Shown: positions 8,644-18,269 of the stretch, in pieces
Numbering within the stretch: position 1 is the stretch's first letter
Layout: each line of letters begins with the position of its first letter
Notes under the pieces: generated by a model
What the model was told of the DNA's origin: nothing
The model's database searches: none
What the model saw: only the letters and a program-made list of their open reading frames with translations
Translations under genes and position numbers: made by a program
Source: a virus
Lineage: Duplodnaviria; Caudoviricetes
Virus record (IMG/VR): IMGVR_UViG_3300028832_000136
Span: 5,338-69,337 of that record
Length of the DNA stretch: 64,000 nt
Direction: 5' to 3' (one strand)

Positions 8644-10013
8644 ATTTAGCTGAGTATTATGTTCAGCAGACTGGCAAAGGTCTGAATGAAAAGTTTGAAG
8701 GAAACAACATCCTTCTTTACACAACATCAAAATCTGAAGAATTTGAACAGTACTTCTTCAAGCAGGAACTGCGTTTTGCGAACAATGCCGGCAACATGTA
8801 TGGCCTTGGCATTTACACAACGCTTGAACCACCTGCAGAAGCAAATGTGGGTTATCACGACGATACCCGTCAAACATTGTATGGAAACAATGTATATGAA
8901 TTCAAGATTGCTTCTGATAAGCTGATGTATTTCATCTATTCTTACTTCGTCAAGTCAGCTCTGTTCAATGAACTCGGCAAGCCTGGAGAAGAAACATACA
9001 TTGAAGCTCAGATGAAACATTTCGGCATCAAGTATGATGAAAACGATGTTGCCCGCTTGACACCGAATGAAAAGCGTAATTCAGCTAAGTGTGCTTATGC
9101 CTTCTACAAGATGATGAACGCCGATTATTATCAGCGCGATGACGGTACTCTTGAAACTCCTATCTCCGGTTTCCTTTATGAAGGAAAGAACGATGGCCTT
9201 GTTGGCGTTATCTGGAACCCGTATGATTTGACATTGACTCGTAAGTCTATCGGCGGTGGAGATTGGCAGCCTATTTCTGGAAAGCTCGGAAAGGCAAAGA
9301 AAAATGATGTGAAGAACCGTATCTTCGCAGGCAATATGACAGATGAAAAGGTCGCTGTCTATAAGGCTCTTCAGGGTGCAAGAGACGACGAAGGCGTCGG
9401 TGGTCAGTTCACTGACATTGTAATCACCGATGATAAGATTGTCAATTTCACTTATAAGTCACTCCTTCCACAGGTTGACGGCTACAGACACTGCCTAATC
9501 ATGCAGAAGAATCCTTACTTTGAAAAGATCTTCGGTATGGGCTATCGCTTCGGTAAGGTCAACGGTTGGTTGAAGCTAGGTCACTCAACACAGGGTTCTG
9601 ACGAACAGTTCAGACCGACAACATGCCCGAAGGAATACTGGCCTGCTGAAATTTCAGAGGGTTTCTACCTAACTGGTATGGATGTGACTGACGCAGAAAT
9701 CAAGGCTCTTGCTCGTCATAAGTCAGCTGAAAACAAGCTCGCTATTCGCCGTTCAAACATTCTTACCGACAACCTTGGCAAGTTCAATGTTGAAAAGCTT
9801 GAAGAATGCACTGCACCTGACGAGATAGCAAATGCCTTGAATGCTAAGTATAAGACAGAGGTTCGCCTCCAGTCAGACTATGAAGCTGAAATTGCTCGTA
9901 AGGAAGCAGCTAAGCGTGAGAAGGAAGCAGCTAAGAAGGCCAAGGAAGAAGAGAAGGCTCGCAAGGCTGCTGAACGCGAAGCAAAGAAAGCGGCAAAGGC
10001 TACAAAGAAATAA
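8640..10013 (+). CDS. Putative ADP-ribosyltransferase-fold protein with K/E/A-rich tail
   Basis: NAGNMYGLGIYTT and YG..VYEFKI resemble the PARP-like ART core; canonical YHG is replaced by LYTT. Confidence 0.45.
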   Translation: MNLAEYYVQQTGKGLNEKFEGNNILLYTTSKSEEFEQYFFKQELRFANNAGNMYGLGIYTTLEPPAEANVGYHDDTRQTLYGNNVYEFKIASDKLMYFIYSYFVKSALFNELGKPGEETYIEAQMKHFGIKYDENDVARLTPNEKRNSAKCAYAFYKMMNADYYQRDDGTLETPISGFLYEGKNDGLVGVIWNPYDLTLTRKSIGGGDWQPISGKLGKAKKNDVKNRIFAGNMTDEKVAVYKALQGARDDEGVGGQFTDIVITDDKIVNFTYKSLLPQVDGYRHCLIMQKNPYFEKIFGMGYRFGKVNGWLKLGHSTQGSDEQFRPTTCPKEYWPAEISEGFYLTGMDVTDAEIKALARHKSAENKLAIRRSNILTDNLGKFNVEKLEECTAPDEIANALNAKYKTEVRLQSDYEAEIARKEAAKREKEAAKKAKEEEKARKAAEREAKKAAKATKK

Positions 10014-10032
10014 ATAAAGTAGAGGAATACAA

Positions 10033-11700
10033 ATGATATCAGCACACGATTTTTTGAATGAAGCAAGGGCAAAGATTGACCCGAAGCCAAAGAAGGGCGT
10101 TTCTTCTACTGACAAGCCGAAGACATCTGAAGAAGAACAGGCGGTTGCCCAGCAGAAGCCAACAACCGCTAAAATCCCAAACCGCAACATCTCAACATTT
10201 GATGTTCTTAAGCAGTATCCTGATGTTATTGCTGAACTCGAGGAACTTGCTGGCGGTCCGCTTGTAAGCGATGAAGAATTTGAAAACCCAAACTTTAACG
10301 GCTTGTTCTATAAGACATCAAACAGCGCAAGTGCCAAGCCTAAGCTTTGTATCGGTAAGGGCTCTGCGGCTGAAGCAGCAATGTTTGATGCTGGTGCTGA
10401 ACAAAGCGGACCTTCTGACATTACAATTACATTGCCGTCTGGTGCTAAGATTGCATTGCATCAGTCAGCCAAGGCAAAGTCATTTAAGTACTTGAAGAAC
10501 ACAACTGACTTCCAAGAAGCAGTAATTGCTGCTTTGATGCAGATGAAGGTTGACAAAGTTGAAATTCCTATTCCGTCTGATAAGAAGAAAGCTAAGTACC
10601 CCGTTCAGGCTTGGATGGAATCTTCTGACCCTGTAAAGAAGACAGGTATTTGCAGATATCTTGATTACACAGTACCGCCTGAAGATGTTGAACAGTTCCA
10701 AGCTGAAATCAACATGATCTTGACATCAAACAACAACGGTTGGCGAAACTGTTTTGAAGCAATTTACAGACAGGATTGGAAGCAGGTAATCAACAGCGTA
10801 TTCATCAAGCCACCTACTTGGTTCAAGCCGCTGTTCATTCATGACAACTTGAGACTGCCTGCTAACATTAAGGAATCGGCATCAAAGTTCCTTGGTAAGC
10901 AGCGCTGTGAAGTTCAGAAAGATACTGTTGATAAGACCGACGTTTTGTTGGTATTCAACAGCGCTGAAGCAGCTGATTTGATGGACCACTGTATGGAATT
11001 TAAGAAGGGCCAGATTGAAGAACATAATAACTTCGTCAACGAAATGATTAACCAAGGACGAATGCTCGGCCTATCATTGAAGCAGACAGGTGCAGATGTT
11101 ATGGTCGCCGCTGTTAACTTCAACCTTAGAACAACCGCCGTTGGTGACAACATCAATGATAAGTATAAGGTCGTTGTTCAGATTGACCCGACTAACCCTG
11201 ATAACTGCACATTCAACTGTAAAAAGGCAGCGCTGGACATTCCGAAATTCAAGGAAGGCGTTAAAACATATTGCATTGGTGTGCCGTTCAATAAGGGACA
11301 TGCCAATGACTTGCATGCAGCCGATGATGATATGTTAGGTATCTTCATTCGTGAAGCTGGCGGCACTAAGCAATGTAACTTCGGTCTTAAGGGAGCAAAG
11401 GCATTCTTCGGTAAGGGTAATCTTGCATTGAAGGACACCGTTCCTGATGAGCCTAGCTATAGACCGATTGACTTGACCGCCATCATCAATAATGCTATTG
11501 CTGATGGTAAGTCAGTTCCGGCCGCTGTATATGAAGGTGTGAAACGCATTGCATCACTAATCTTCACCCATCCGTGGACCTTTACCAAGATCTTTGCTAA
11601 GTCAGCAGGCTACCCACTTGCTATCCTTGGTAAAGATAAGAGGGGCAAGAAGAAATACAATTACGAAATCGTTGCAGCTCCTTACTTAAAGATTTTCTAA
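10033..11700 (+). CDS. Large late protein, possible PD-(D/E)xK nuclease-like domain
   Basis: DFLNEA leader; TTDFQEA, DKTDVLL, LGLSLKQ. Confidence 0.4.
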   Translation: MISAHDFLNEARAKIDPKPKKGVSSTDKPKTSEEEQAVAQQKPTTAKIPNRNISTFDVLKQYPDVIAELEELAGGPLVSDEEFENPNFNGLFYKTSNSASAKPKLCIGKGSAAEAAMFDAGAEQSGPSDITITLPSGAKIALHQSAKAKSFKYLKNTTDFQEAVIAALMQMKVDKVEIPIPSDKKKAKYPVQAWMESSDPVKKTGICRYLDYTVPPEDVEQFQAEINMILTSNNNGWRNCFEAIYRQDWKQVINSVFIKPPTWFKPLFIHDNLRLPANIKESASKFLGKQRCEVQKDTVDKTDVLLVFNSAEAADLMDHCMEFKKGQIEEHNNFVNEMINQGRMLGLSLKQTGADVMVAAVNFNLRTTAVGDNINDKYKVVVQIDPTNPDNCTFNCKKAALDIPKFKEGVKTYCIGVPFNKGHANDLHAADDDMLGIFIREAGGTKQCNFGLKGAKAFFGKGNLALKDTVPDEPSYRPIDLTAIINNAIADGKSVPAAVYEGVKRIASLIFTHPWTFTKIFAKSAGYPLAILGKDKRGKKKYNYEIVAAPYLKIF

Positions 11701-11724
11701 TAAGAACTTACACGGAAAAATTTC

Positions 11725-11761
11725 AAGATGGCGTTCAAAAGGCGCCATCTTTTGTTATATT
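11725..11761 (+). terminator. Terminator hairpin plus -10 (TATATT 11756-11761)
   Basis: AAGATGGCG/CGCCATCTT stem. Confidence 0.8.
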
Positions 11762-11767
11762 TTGTAT

Positions 11768-12613
11768 ATGAATAATTTACACGAACAATTATGGACCTCA
11801 TTTAATGACATCTCCTTTGAAGAGACTCGTCATAAATACACAGACTCACTCGGCACAAATTATCAGTCCGCAACGGGTTGGTATAAGCAGTTTGTGCCTG
11901 AGGTCAATTGGGACGAAAAAGCAAAGAACAGTGCACGAAAGAGAGCAGCAAAGAAAGTCAAAGAAGAACATCCTGAACTAACTGGAGAAGAAAAAGACAA
12001 GCTCATTGAACTTGAAACTGAAAGCCTTATCCCGAAGGTTCAGGCTGAATGGAAATATGCCGGTGACTATTCATGCGCCCTTGGAACACAAATTCACTCC
12101 GTGATGGAAAACCTTTGGTATAAGAAGGATTATCGTTTTGATAATCGTCTTGAGAAAGATTTCCCAGGAATGAAGGAAGACTTTGAATGGCGCAAGAAGT
12201 TCCGCTGCCTCCCACTTTTCAAGAAGATGAAAGGCATTTATGCACCTGTCGCAAATGAATTCGTCGTATATGACCAGCCGAATGGAATCTGTGGAACCAT
12301 TGATATGATTGCTTATAATATGAAGACCAATTCATACGCAATCATTGACTGGAAGACATCAAAATCCTTTGACACACATAGCTTTACAGGCGATGAATAT
12401 CTCAAGGCTCCGTTTGATGATCTTGAAGTATGCAACACAACTGAATACTCATTGCAGTTAAGTTTATACAAGTACATGCTTGAGAAACACACTGACATGA
12501 AGATTTCGGAATTGTTGCTTTTCCAGCTGCCAGGCGCTGATAAGAAGATTCCACTTGTCCATCGCTGTATGGACCTGTCTGGCCGTATCAAGGATTTCTT
12601 AGAGAAAAAATAA
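11768..12613 (+). CDS. PD-(D/E)xK (RecB-like) exonuclease
   Basis: ANEFVVY, ICGTIDM, IIDWKTS, YSLQLSLY. Confidence 0.85.
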   Translation: MNNLHEQLWTSFNDISFEETRHKYTDSLGTNYQSATGWYKQFVPEVNWDEKAKNSARKRAAKKVKEEHPELTGEEKDKLIELETESLIPKVQAEWKYAGDYSCALGTQIHSVMENLWYKKDYRFDNRLEKDFPGMKEDFEWRKKFRCLPLFKKMKGIYAPVANEFVVYDQPNGICGTIDMIAYNMKTNSYAIIDWKTSKSFDTHSFTGDEYLKAPFDDLEVCNTTEYSLQLSLYKYMLEKHTDMKISELLLFQLPGADKKIPLVHRCMDLSGRIKDFLEKK

Positions 12614-12625
12614 GTATTTCAACTA

Positions 12626-12654
12626 TTGCCAACCGAGGCTGTTTTTATTATTTT
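12626..12654 (+). promoter_or_regulatory. sigma70-like promoter
   Basis: TTGCCA-17 bp-TATTTT. Confidence 0.65.
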
Positions 12655-12677
12655 GTTTTTGAAACTGGAGACAAAAT

Positions 12678-12902
12678 ATGAAAGCAGTTGTAGGCGACAA
12701 AATCCGAATCCGCGCTCTTGCGACGGATTCCGATGGCAATGAAGACCCAAGAGCCGAAGAATACAAAGGTCGAGAGGGAACCGTGGAAATGGTTGACTCG
12801 ATGGGTATTCTTCACGGAACATGGGGCTCTTTGGGAATCCTTCCTGAAGATTTTTACGACATCATAGACCACCGACCCGACTCGGAATGGAGACCACAAT
12901 GA
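12678..12902 (+). CDS. DUF4314-like small protein
   Basis: GDKIRI...GTVEMVDSMGILHGTWGSLGILPED. Confidence 0.65.
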   Translation: MKAVVGDKIRIRALATDSDGNEDPRAEEYKGREGTVEMVDSMGILHGTWGSLGILPEDFYDIIDHRPDSEWRPQ

Positions 12903-13942
12903 ATTTCCTAGAAGAAGCAGTAGGATATAAAGAAACCAAGAGGGATAAGGTCCTTCTTATTGACACAAACAACCTCAGCATGCGCTGTTTGTTCGCTTTG
13001 GCTTATGACCCGACGGACACTCAGTTCACCATCTACAAGAACGCTTTCTTGACATCACTTTGTAAGTCGGTCAAGCAGTTCAAGCCAAACAAGATTATCT
13101 TCTGTCAAGAAGGTTTTCAGAACTGGCGCCGTGAGGTATTCACAGATTATAAATGCAGCCGTGCTCCCGGACGAGAAGCCTCTCCAGTTGACTTTGACGC
13201 ATTCTTCAAGATGAACAATGAATTCATTGAAGATTTGGCGAAGTCTTTGAAGAACTGTCTTTTCTTGCGTGTTCCGCATTTGGAAGCAGATGATCTTGTT
13301 GCATTGACAACAAAATACATGCCGCAATGGGACATCACTCTTATCTCAACTGATAAGGATTTCTACCAGCTGCACAAATACCCGAACTTCAGACAGTGGG
13401 ATCCGATTAAGAATAAGTACATTCAGGTTCTTGACCCGAACCTCGCTTTGATGCAGAAGATTATCACAGGCGATAAGAGCGATGATATTCCTCAGTTGAA
13501 GAAGGGTGTCGGACCGAAGACTGTTGAAAAGATCTTGCTTGAAGGTCTTCAGGATTGGCTGACAAAGAACGACCTCCAGAAGCGATTTGATGAAAACCGT
13601 CGCTTGATTGACTTTGAGTTCATTCCTACCGAATTTCATCAGCCAGTGATTGACATTCTTGAAAACTGGCAGCAGGGTAAATTTGACGGAAGAGCTTTCT
13701 ACAACTTTATCGTTAAGCACGGTATGGGTTGTGCCCTTGAGACACTCGATGAAAAGATTGAAATCTTCAGTCAGATCCGCGGGGCAAATGATGCAGATAC
13801 AGAACCAGAACCTGTTGACATTCCTAAGACCCCAAAGGCGCCGGTAAATGAACCGCCTGCGACATCTTCGTGGGAAAAGGACGAACCGTGGTATGCAACT
13901 GGACAACCTGCACCAGCATCTGACGGATTTTCTTGGAGCTAA
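12899..13942 (+). CDS. rnh: T4-type RNase H / 5'-3' exonuclease
   Basis: LIDTNN, WRREVFTDYK..R, LEADD, STDKDFYQL, GDKSDDIP...GVGPKT. Confidence 0.92.
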   Translation: MNFLEEAVGYKETKRDKVLLIDTNNLSMRCLFALAYDPTDTQFTIYKNAFLTSLCKSVKQFKPNKIIFCQEGFQNWRREVFTDYKCSRAPGREASPVDFDAFFKMNNEFIEDLAKSLKNCLFLRVPHLEADDLVALTTKYMPQWDITLISTDKDFYQLHKYPNFRQWDPIKNKYIQVLDPNLALMQKIITGDKSDDIPQLKKGVGPKTVEKILLEGLQDWLTKNDLQKRFDENRRLIDFEFIPTEFHQPVIDILENWQQGKFDGRAFYNFIVKHGMGCALETLDEKIEIFSQIRGANDADTEPEPVDIPKTPKAPVNEPPATSSWEKDEPWYATGQPAPASDGFSWS

Positions 13943-13945
13943 AAA

Positions 13946-14491
13946 ATGAAACTGAAGTATAAAGGCATTTATGCCGGTGCCTTGAAATCTTACCAGAATT
14001 TGTCAACCTGTGCGAGGCTGCATGTTGCAGCTATGCTCGTAAAGGACGGACGAATTCTGTCTGTAGGATACAACGGCACTGCAGAAGGCCGCCCACATTG
14101 CTGCGACCAGTTCATTCGGATTGGCGATGAGTATTTCATTGGGGAATATGCACCGCCTGCTGAAATGGCACAGTATAAAGTGACCAAAGAAAAGTGGTAT
14201 GACGAACATCACAAGTTCTCCGAAAAGAACGAAGTGCATGCAGAAATGAACTGCATTGCTTTCGCCATCAAGAACAACATTGATGTTACGGAATGTGAAC
14301 TGATTATCTCAATTTCGCCGTGCATTCATTGTGCAAAGCTGATTGCGGCAGTTGGGATTAAGCATGTTTATTACATTGATGATTATGACAGAAACCCCTC
14401 AGACGGATTGAACTATCTGATAAATAACGGGGTCAAATGCAGTAAATTCTACGAGGAAGAAGATGCTAAAGACGGACGCACAACTACTTAA
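13946..14491 (+). CDS. dCMP deaminase
   Basis: VGYNG, VHAEMNCI, SPCIHCAK. Confidence 0.92.
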   Translation: MKLKYKGIYAGALKSYQNLSTCARLHVAAMLVKDGRILSVGYNGTAEGRPHCCDQFIRIGDEYFIGEYAPPAEMAQYKVTKEKWYDEHHKFSEKNEVHAEMNCIAFAIKNNIDVTECELIISISPCIHCAKLIAAVGIKHVYYIDDYDRNPSDGLNYLINNGVKCSKFYEEEDAKDGRTTT

Positions 14492-14492
14492 C

Positions 14493-14768
14493 ATGCCAAG
14501 ATGCTTTCATGGCTTCAAACAATACATGGACAGGTATCATTGCGCTGTTCAAGTTTCACCTGCAGGACATTGGGGATTGATTTTCTACAAGGACTTTATT
14601 CCTTACGTCATCGTCACGGAACCTTATCGTGAAGGACGAATCTGCAGCATCTACTGCAACCGTGAAATGATTGACCTAAATAAGGACGATGCAAAACTCG
14701 ACCCGAAGAACTTGATTAAGGACATCAGAACATTCATCACCGAAATCAGAAAATGCAGTAAAGGATAA
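14493..14768 (+). CDS. Hypothetical protein (start uncertain)
   Basis: ORF in a tight + strand array. Confidence 0.55.
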   Translation: MPRCFHGFKQYMDRYHCAVQVSPAGHWGLIFYKDFIPYVIVTEPYREGRICSIYCNREMIDLNKDDAKLDPKNLIKDIRTFITEIRKCSKG

Positions 14769-14769
14769 G

Positions 14770-15207
14770 ATGAAGTTTACGCTTAAACATTACAATGATC
14801 TTGGGCGTTGCTCAATGGGCACGCTTCTTGACGAATTTGATACAGATGAATATGAGATTTTGCTTGACAATGAAAAGGTAGAAATCAACAAGGTTGAAGA
14901 CCTATTTCCTTTTCTTTGGCAGTCACCTGGATGTTATGTTCGCCGTGGCGGAAAGCAAACATCTCACTTCTGGTCAAAGGGAACTCATTGGCATCATGAT
15001 TATGACAAGTCTATTGATGATGGCCTAAAGCAAATTGAAAAGCTCAAGAATAAGATGCTGAAAGAAAAGGATGTCAAGAAGGCAAACAAGATCCTTGAGA
15101 ACATGAACTTTACAGCAGATCGTATCAATGCTCTTCAAAGAATTTGTGACCGCTGTGACGAAGAAATGAAGAAGCAGCAAGAGGAGTTGATTAAAGAAAA
15201 TGCATAA
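14770..15207 (+). CDS. Hypothetical protein
   Basis: 145 aa, AAGGA RBS. Confidence 0.7.
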   Translation: MKFTLKHYNDLGRCSMGTLLDEFDTDEYEILLDNEKVEINKVEDLFPFLWQSPGCYVRRGGKQTSHFWSKGTHWHHDYDKSIDDGLKQIEKLKNKMLKEKDVKKANKILENMNFTADRINALQRICDRCDEEMKKQQEELIKENA

Positions 15208-15571
15208 TACCGCGAAAGATCGTTTTGAAAACAAGCTCATTCGTTTCATGAGAGAATGGGACAAGACACCAGCCCGCAACATCGGGGATTGGGAAAAGTT
15301 CCGTGCTGACCTTTACAAGAAGTATGGGTTCAGCGATGAAGAACTGTATAAGGCTTGCCGTTTGGTAAAGTCATGGACTGCTGACGAGAATGGCGCTAAA
15401 AAGACAAAGCGTTTTGAAAGAAAGAAGATGCTTCGTGATAAGAATCGTATCATTTACAGAAGCGACATTGCAGATAACCCGAACGGCGAAGCAGAAATTA
15501 AGGCTGAAGACGATTGGATTGCTGATGTCTTTGATACCAATGATTATGATAAAGAAGACATGACACGATGA
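15200..15571 (+). CDS. Hypothetical protein
   Basis: 123 aa, GGAG RBS. Confidence 0.7.
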   Translation: MHNTAKDRFENKLIRFMREWDKTPARNIGDWEKFRADLYKKYGFSDEELYKACRLVKSWTADENGAKKTKRFERKKMLRDKNRIIYRSDIADNPNGEAEIKAEDDWIADVFDTNDYDKEDMTR

Positions 15572-15681
15572 AACTGTATAATGAATATCAAGATCCTACC
15601 GAAAAAGAACCGATAGGATACATCGTTGTCGCAGTTATCATGGCTGCGACATTTGTATTTTTGTTAGTATGATGGAGAAAT

Positions 15682-15846
15682 ATGAGCGTTAAGAAAATCA
15701 CAATCACCTTCAAGGAAGACTTGACGGAAGAACAGGTTAACAGACTTAATACTCTCCTCGAGTTCAACATTGAGGCATTGAAAAAGCAAGCGCCTATCAA
15801 GAAAGTTGAAGTTGACGGAAACTTATTTTGGGTAGAAGAAAAATGA
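15682..15846 (+). CDS. Small hypothetical protein (54 aa; not in track)
   Basis: GGAG RBS; ATGA overlap with the next gene. Confidence 0.6.
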   Translation: MSVKKITITFKEDLTEEQVNRLNTLLEFNIEALKKQAPIKKVEVDGNLFWVEEK

Positions 15847-16361
15847 TTGACTACAGACACTTCTGGGTAATGTCCCATAAGAACTTTGATGAAGGAATGG
15901 AGCACGAAGGATGGAATGATGCAAATGTGCCCGCAGATCACGCATTTATTTCCATTTGTTGCTCACCGGCTTTTCGTGAAAAGTACTTCAAACGTCATAA
16001 TACGGTTGACGAACATTGGTTCAAGGGCGAGCATGACAATGTTCTGAACCTTGACTTTGATGATATTACGGAACCGTCTAAGGAAACCGAATACGGAACC
16101 GCATACGGTATCACGGACGAACAAGCAAAGCAGATTTTGGAATTTTTTGAAAAGAATCAAGACAAACGACATTGGTTTATACATTGCCATGCCGGCAAGA
16201 GCCGCTCAATGGCGGTAGGCAACTACCTCGTGAATAAATGGAATAAGCTTCACGGCGGTCCAGGAACTTGGGGTAGACTGCATAAGCTTAACGGCGGCAT
16301 TCTTGGACAGAATATGTTTGTCTATAACAAGTTGAAAGACAATGATAAAGATTTTTCTTGA
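15843..16361 (+). CDS. Protein-tyrosine / dual-specificity phosphatase-like protein
   Basis: HCHAGKSRS (CX5R), LDFDD general-acid loop. Confidence 0.85.
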   Translation: MIDYRHFWVMSHKNFDEGMEHEGWNDANVPADHAFISICCSPAFREKYFKRHNTVDEHWFKGEHDNVLNLDFDDITEPSKETEYGTAYGITDEQAKQILEFFEKNQDKRHWFIHCHAGKSRSMAVGNYLVNKWNKLHGGPGTWGRLHKLNGGILGQNMFVYNKLKDNDKDFS

Positions 16362-16857
16362 CATTGAAAACACAGTCATTGACTCGCTGTTTGATATGAA
16401 TTTTATGGACGAAAACTGCAATAGCATTCGTCTTTTCATTTTGGGCTGCGGCAATGATTTACTTTCAGTCAATTTCTTTACTTGGGGATGGAAAACCCGA
16501 GAGGAAATTAAACCTGAAGTAGTAAAGCGTATGTTTGACCGTCTTTGTGTTCCTGAGGACAAGCGAGGAGAAGTCTTCGTGAAAAATGACTCAGTGGACC
16601 TGATGATTAAACAGGGCTTTCTTCACGAAGAAGACAGAGAAGCAGCTCTTGTGCCTGGAGCAATGATGAATGAATACGGCTTAACAAAAATGGAATGTTT
16701 CCATCGCATGGCTGAACGCTTCATCCCAGGAACAAAAGCGATTTTGATTGATGATCTTGTTGATGATTTCAATGCAGAACGCACTGAAGACAGCAAGGTT
16801 ATAATGATGATTAACCCTAACCACTTTAAGTATGACGGAGGTTGTAATGACACCTGA
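16342..16857 (+). CDS. HAD-like hydrolase
   Basis: IFLDIENTV (DxD-like), terminal LIDD. Confidence 0.5.
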   Translation: MIKIFLDIENTVIDSLFDMNFMDENCNSIRLFILGCGNDLLSVNFFTWGWKTREEIKPEVVKRMFDRLCVPEDKRGEVFVKNDSVDLMIKQGFLHEEDREAALVPGAMMNEYGLTKMECFHRMAERFIPGTKAILIDDLVDDFNAERTEDSKVIMMINPNHFKYDGGCNDT

Positions 16858-17047
16858 ACAGTTCAGAATAGTTGTTGGTAAACTTGATGAAATCCTAATG
16901 GAACTAAAGGTGATGAACGCAAGAACTGCACCATCGCCTTACCAGCTTGAAAGATGGGCACCGCCTATTTCGCCGACTTGTGGCGGCACTTACCCAGGAA
17001 TGGAAAATCACGAGCTTCACCCGCCTGTTCCAAAAGTATCAAAATAA
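16847..17047 (+). CDS. Hypothetical protein
   Basis: GGAGG RBS. Confidence 0.6.
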   Translation: MTPEQFRIVVGKLDEILMELKVMNARTAPSPYQLERWAPPISPTCGGTYPGMENHELHPPVPKVSK

Positions 17048-17061
17048 GATAAATTTTTCTC

Positions 17062-17099
17062 ACCGAGCTATTGAAGATGGCTCGGTTTTTTGTTATTTT
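17062..17099 (+). terminator. Terminator/promoter composite
   Basis: Stem 17062-71/17077-86; TTGAAG (17071-76)-17-TATTTT (17094-99). Confidence 0.75.
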
Positions 17100-17121
17100 T
17101 GACTAAAAGGCAGAGGTAAAT

Positions 17122-17628
17122 ATGTTAAGATTGAAACCTAAGAAAAAGCCCGGACTTGGGTATGACACTCGTGGACTTAACGGGCTATGTGGCAAACAGC
17201 AACTTGGTGCTATATGGGCTGCAACGAAACCGCTTAAGTGGTATGATTGGCTGCAGTTGCCATTCTATGTTGGCTTTTGCGTCTTTGATGAGCTTACAAA
17301 CAATAAGTTTGACATCTCAGGAAAATACTGCAGCCTTACAAGAGGGTTCTTGCTGGCTCACTATTATAAGGCATTATGGCCCGTTCATTGGACTTATGAA
17401 GAAGACTTCAAGAAATGGGCAAAGACAGCTGATCCGACCATCGCACGATACATTCAAATGAAACACGATAAGGTCGTGAGCATTTATCAGAGAAAGGTTG
17501 AAAGCTGGCAATTCCCGCTGAAGAACTTCAACTGGTTTGAAGAACACACCTCAAAGAAATTTATCAAAAAGGTACTTGAAAAAAGGAAAAAATATGAAGA
17601 AGACAGACTTGCTAATTTCGGTTACTGA
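17122..17628 (+). CDS. Hypothetical protein
   Basis: 168 aa, GAGGT RBS. Confidence 0.7.
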   Translation: MLRLKPKKKPGLGYDTRGLNGLCGKQQLGAIWAATKPLKWYDWLQLPFYVGFCVFDELTNNKFDISGKYCSLTRGFLLAHYYKALWPVHWTYEEDFKKWAKTADPTIARYIQMKHDKVVSIYQRKVESWQFPLKNFNWFEEHTSKKFIKKVLEKRKKYEEDRLANFGY

Positions 17629-18079
17629 TAAGATCGTAACTTGGGCATTCGGCGATAAGACCGATGACCAGTATGATTATGAACAGGCACTGTATCACAA
17701 TATGCTGGGAGAGGCAAAGACTGAAGAAATTCAGTTCATGTCAGAATTTGAACAGCACCACCCCGTGGACGCCGTTGACTCTCGCGAAGACATGAAGGTC
17801 TTGATGCAGAAGAGAAAAGGAAATCTCAACTGCATTGACAAGCTAAGATTCGTTAAGCCGAACCGTCATGTTGGCAGCGACATTTTCTCTCACTTCTTTA
17901 CAGGATGTTATGAACACAAGGACGAAAACGGCAATTGGGTTGAAGGTCCGGCGTTGGGTCACGGATATGAAGGCGGATATGATTACACATGGTCGCCTGA
18001 AAAATTTGTTGACCGCGTTAAGGACAAGATTTTCGGAAAGGGCGAAACCAATGAAGGAACGCTACAAGCTGCTGACTAA
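17594..18079 (+). CDS. Hypothetical protein
   Basis: AAGGAA RBS. Confidence 0.65.
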   Translation: MKKTDLLISVTDKIVTWAFGDKTDDQYDYEQALYHNMLGEAKTEEIQFMSEFEQHHPVDAVDSREDMKVLMQKRKGNLNCIDKLRFVKPNRHVGSDIFSHFFTGCYEHKDENGNWVEGPALGHGYEGGYDYTWSPEKFVDRVKDKIFGKGETNEGTLQAAD

Positions 18080-18269
18080 CTTTGGCATCTTCAAACGATG
18101 GGCTGAGAACGAGGACGAGGCAAAGAAAGACCTATCTTCGTTTATTTTGTCAAGCTACGGAATTAAGGGACAAATTTATGAGTGCGAAAAAGATAAGACC
18201 CATAAATACAACCCGGAGGAAAAAGATGCAGGAAAAAGCAACGGACAAGATGCTGGAGATAAGGTTTGA
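18051..18269 (+). CDS. Hypothetical protein
   Basis: Overlapping array member. Confidence 0.5.
   Translation: MKERYKLLTNFGIFKRWAENEDEAKKDLSSFILSSYGIKGQIYECEKDKTHKYNPEEKDAGKSNGQDAGDKV

Noticed and set aside
9890-10013. K/E/A-rich tail as a repeat element
   Set aside because: Low-complexity charged helix without a defined repeat unit
11768-12613. Cas4 / CRISPR adaptation gene
   Set aside because: No four-Cys Fe-S pattern and no cas or array context; a generic RecB-like nuclease is more likely
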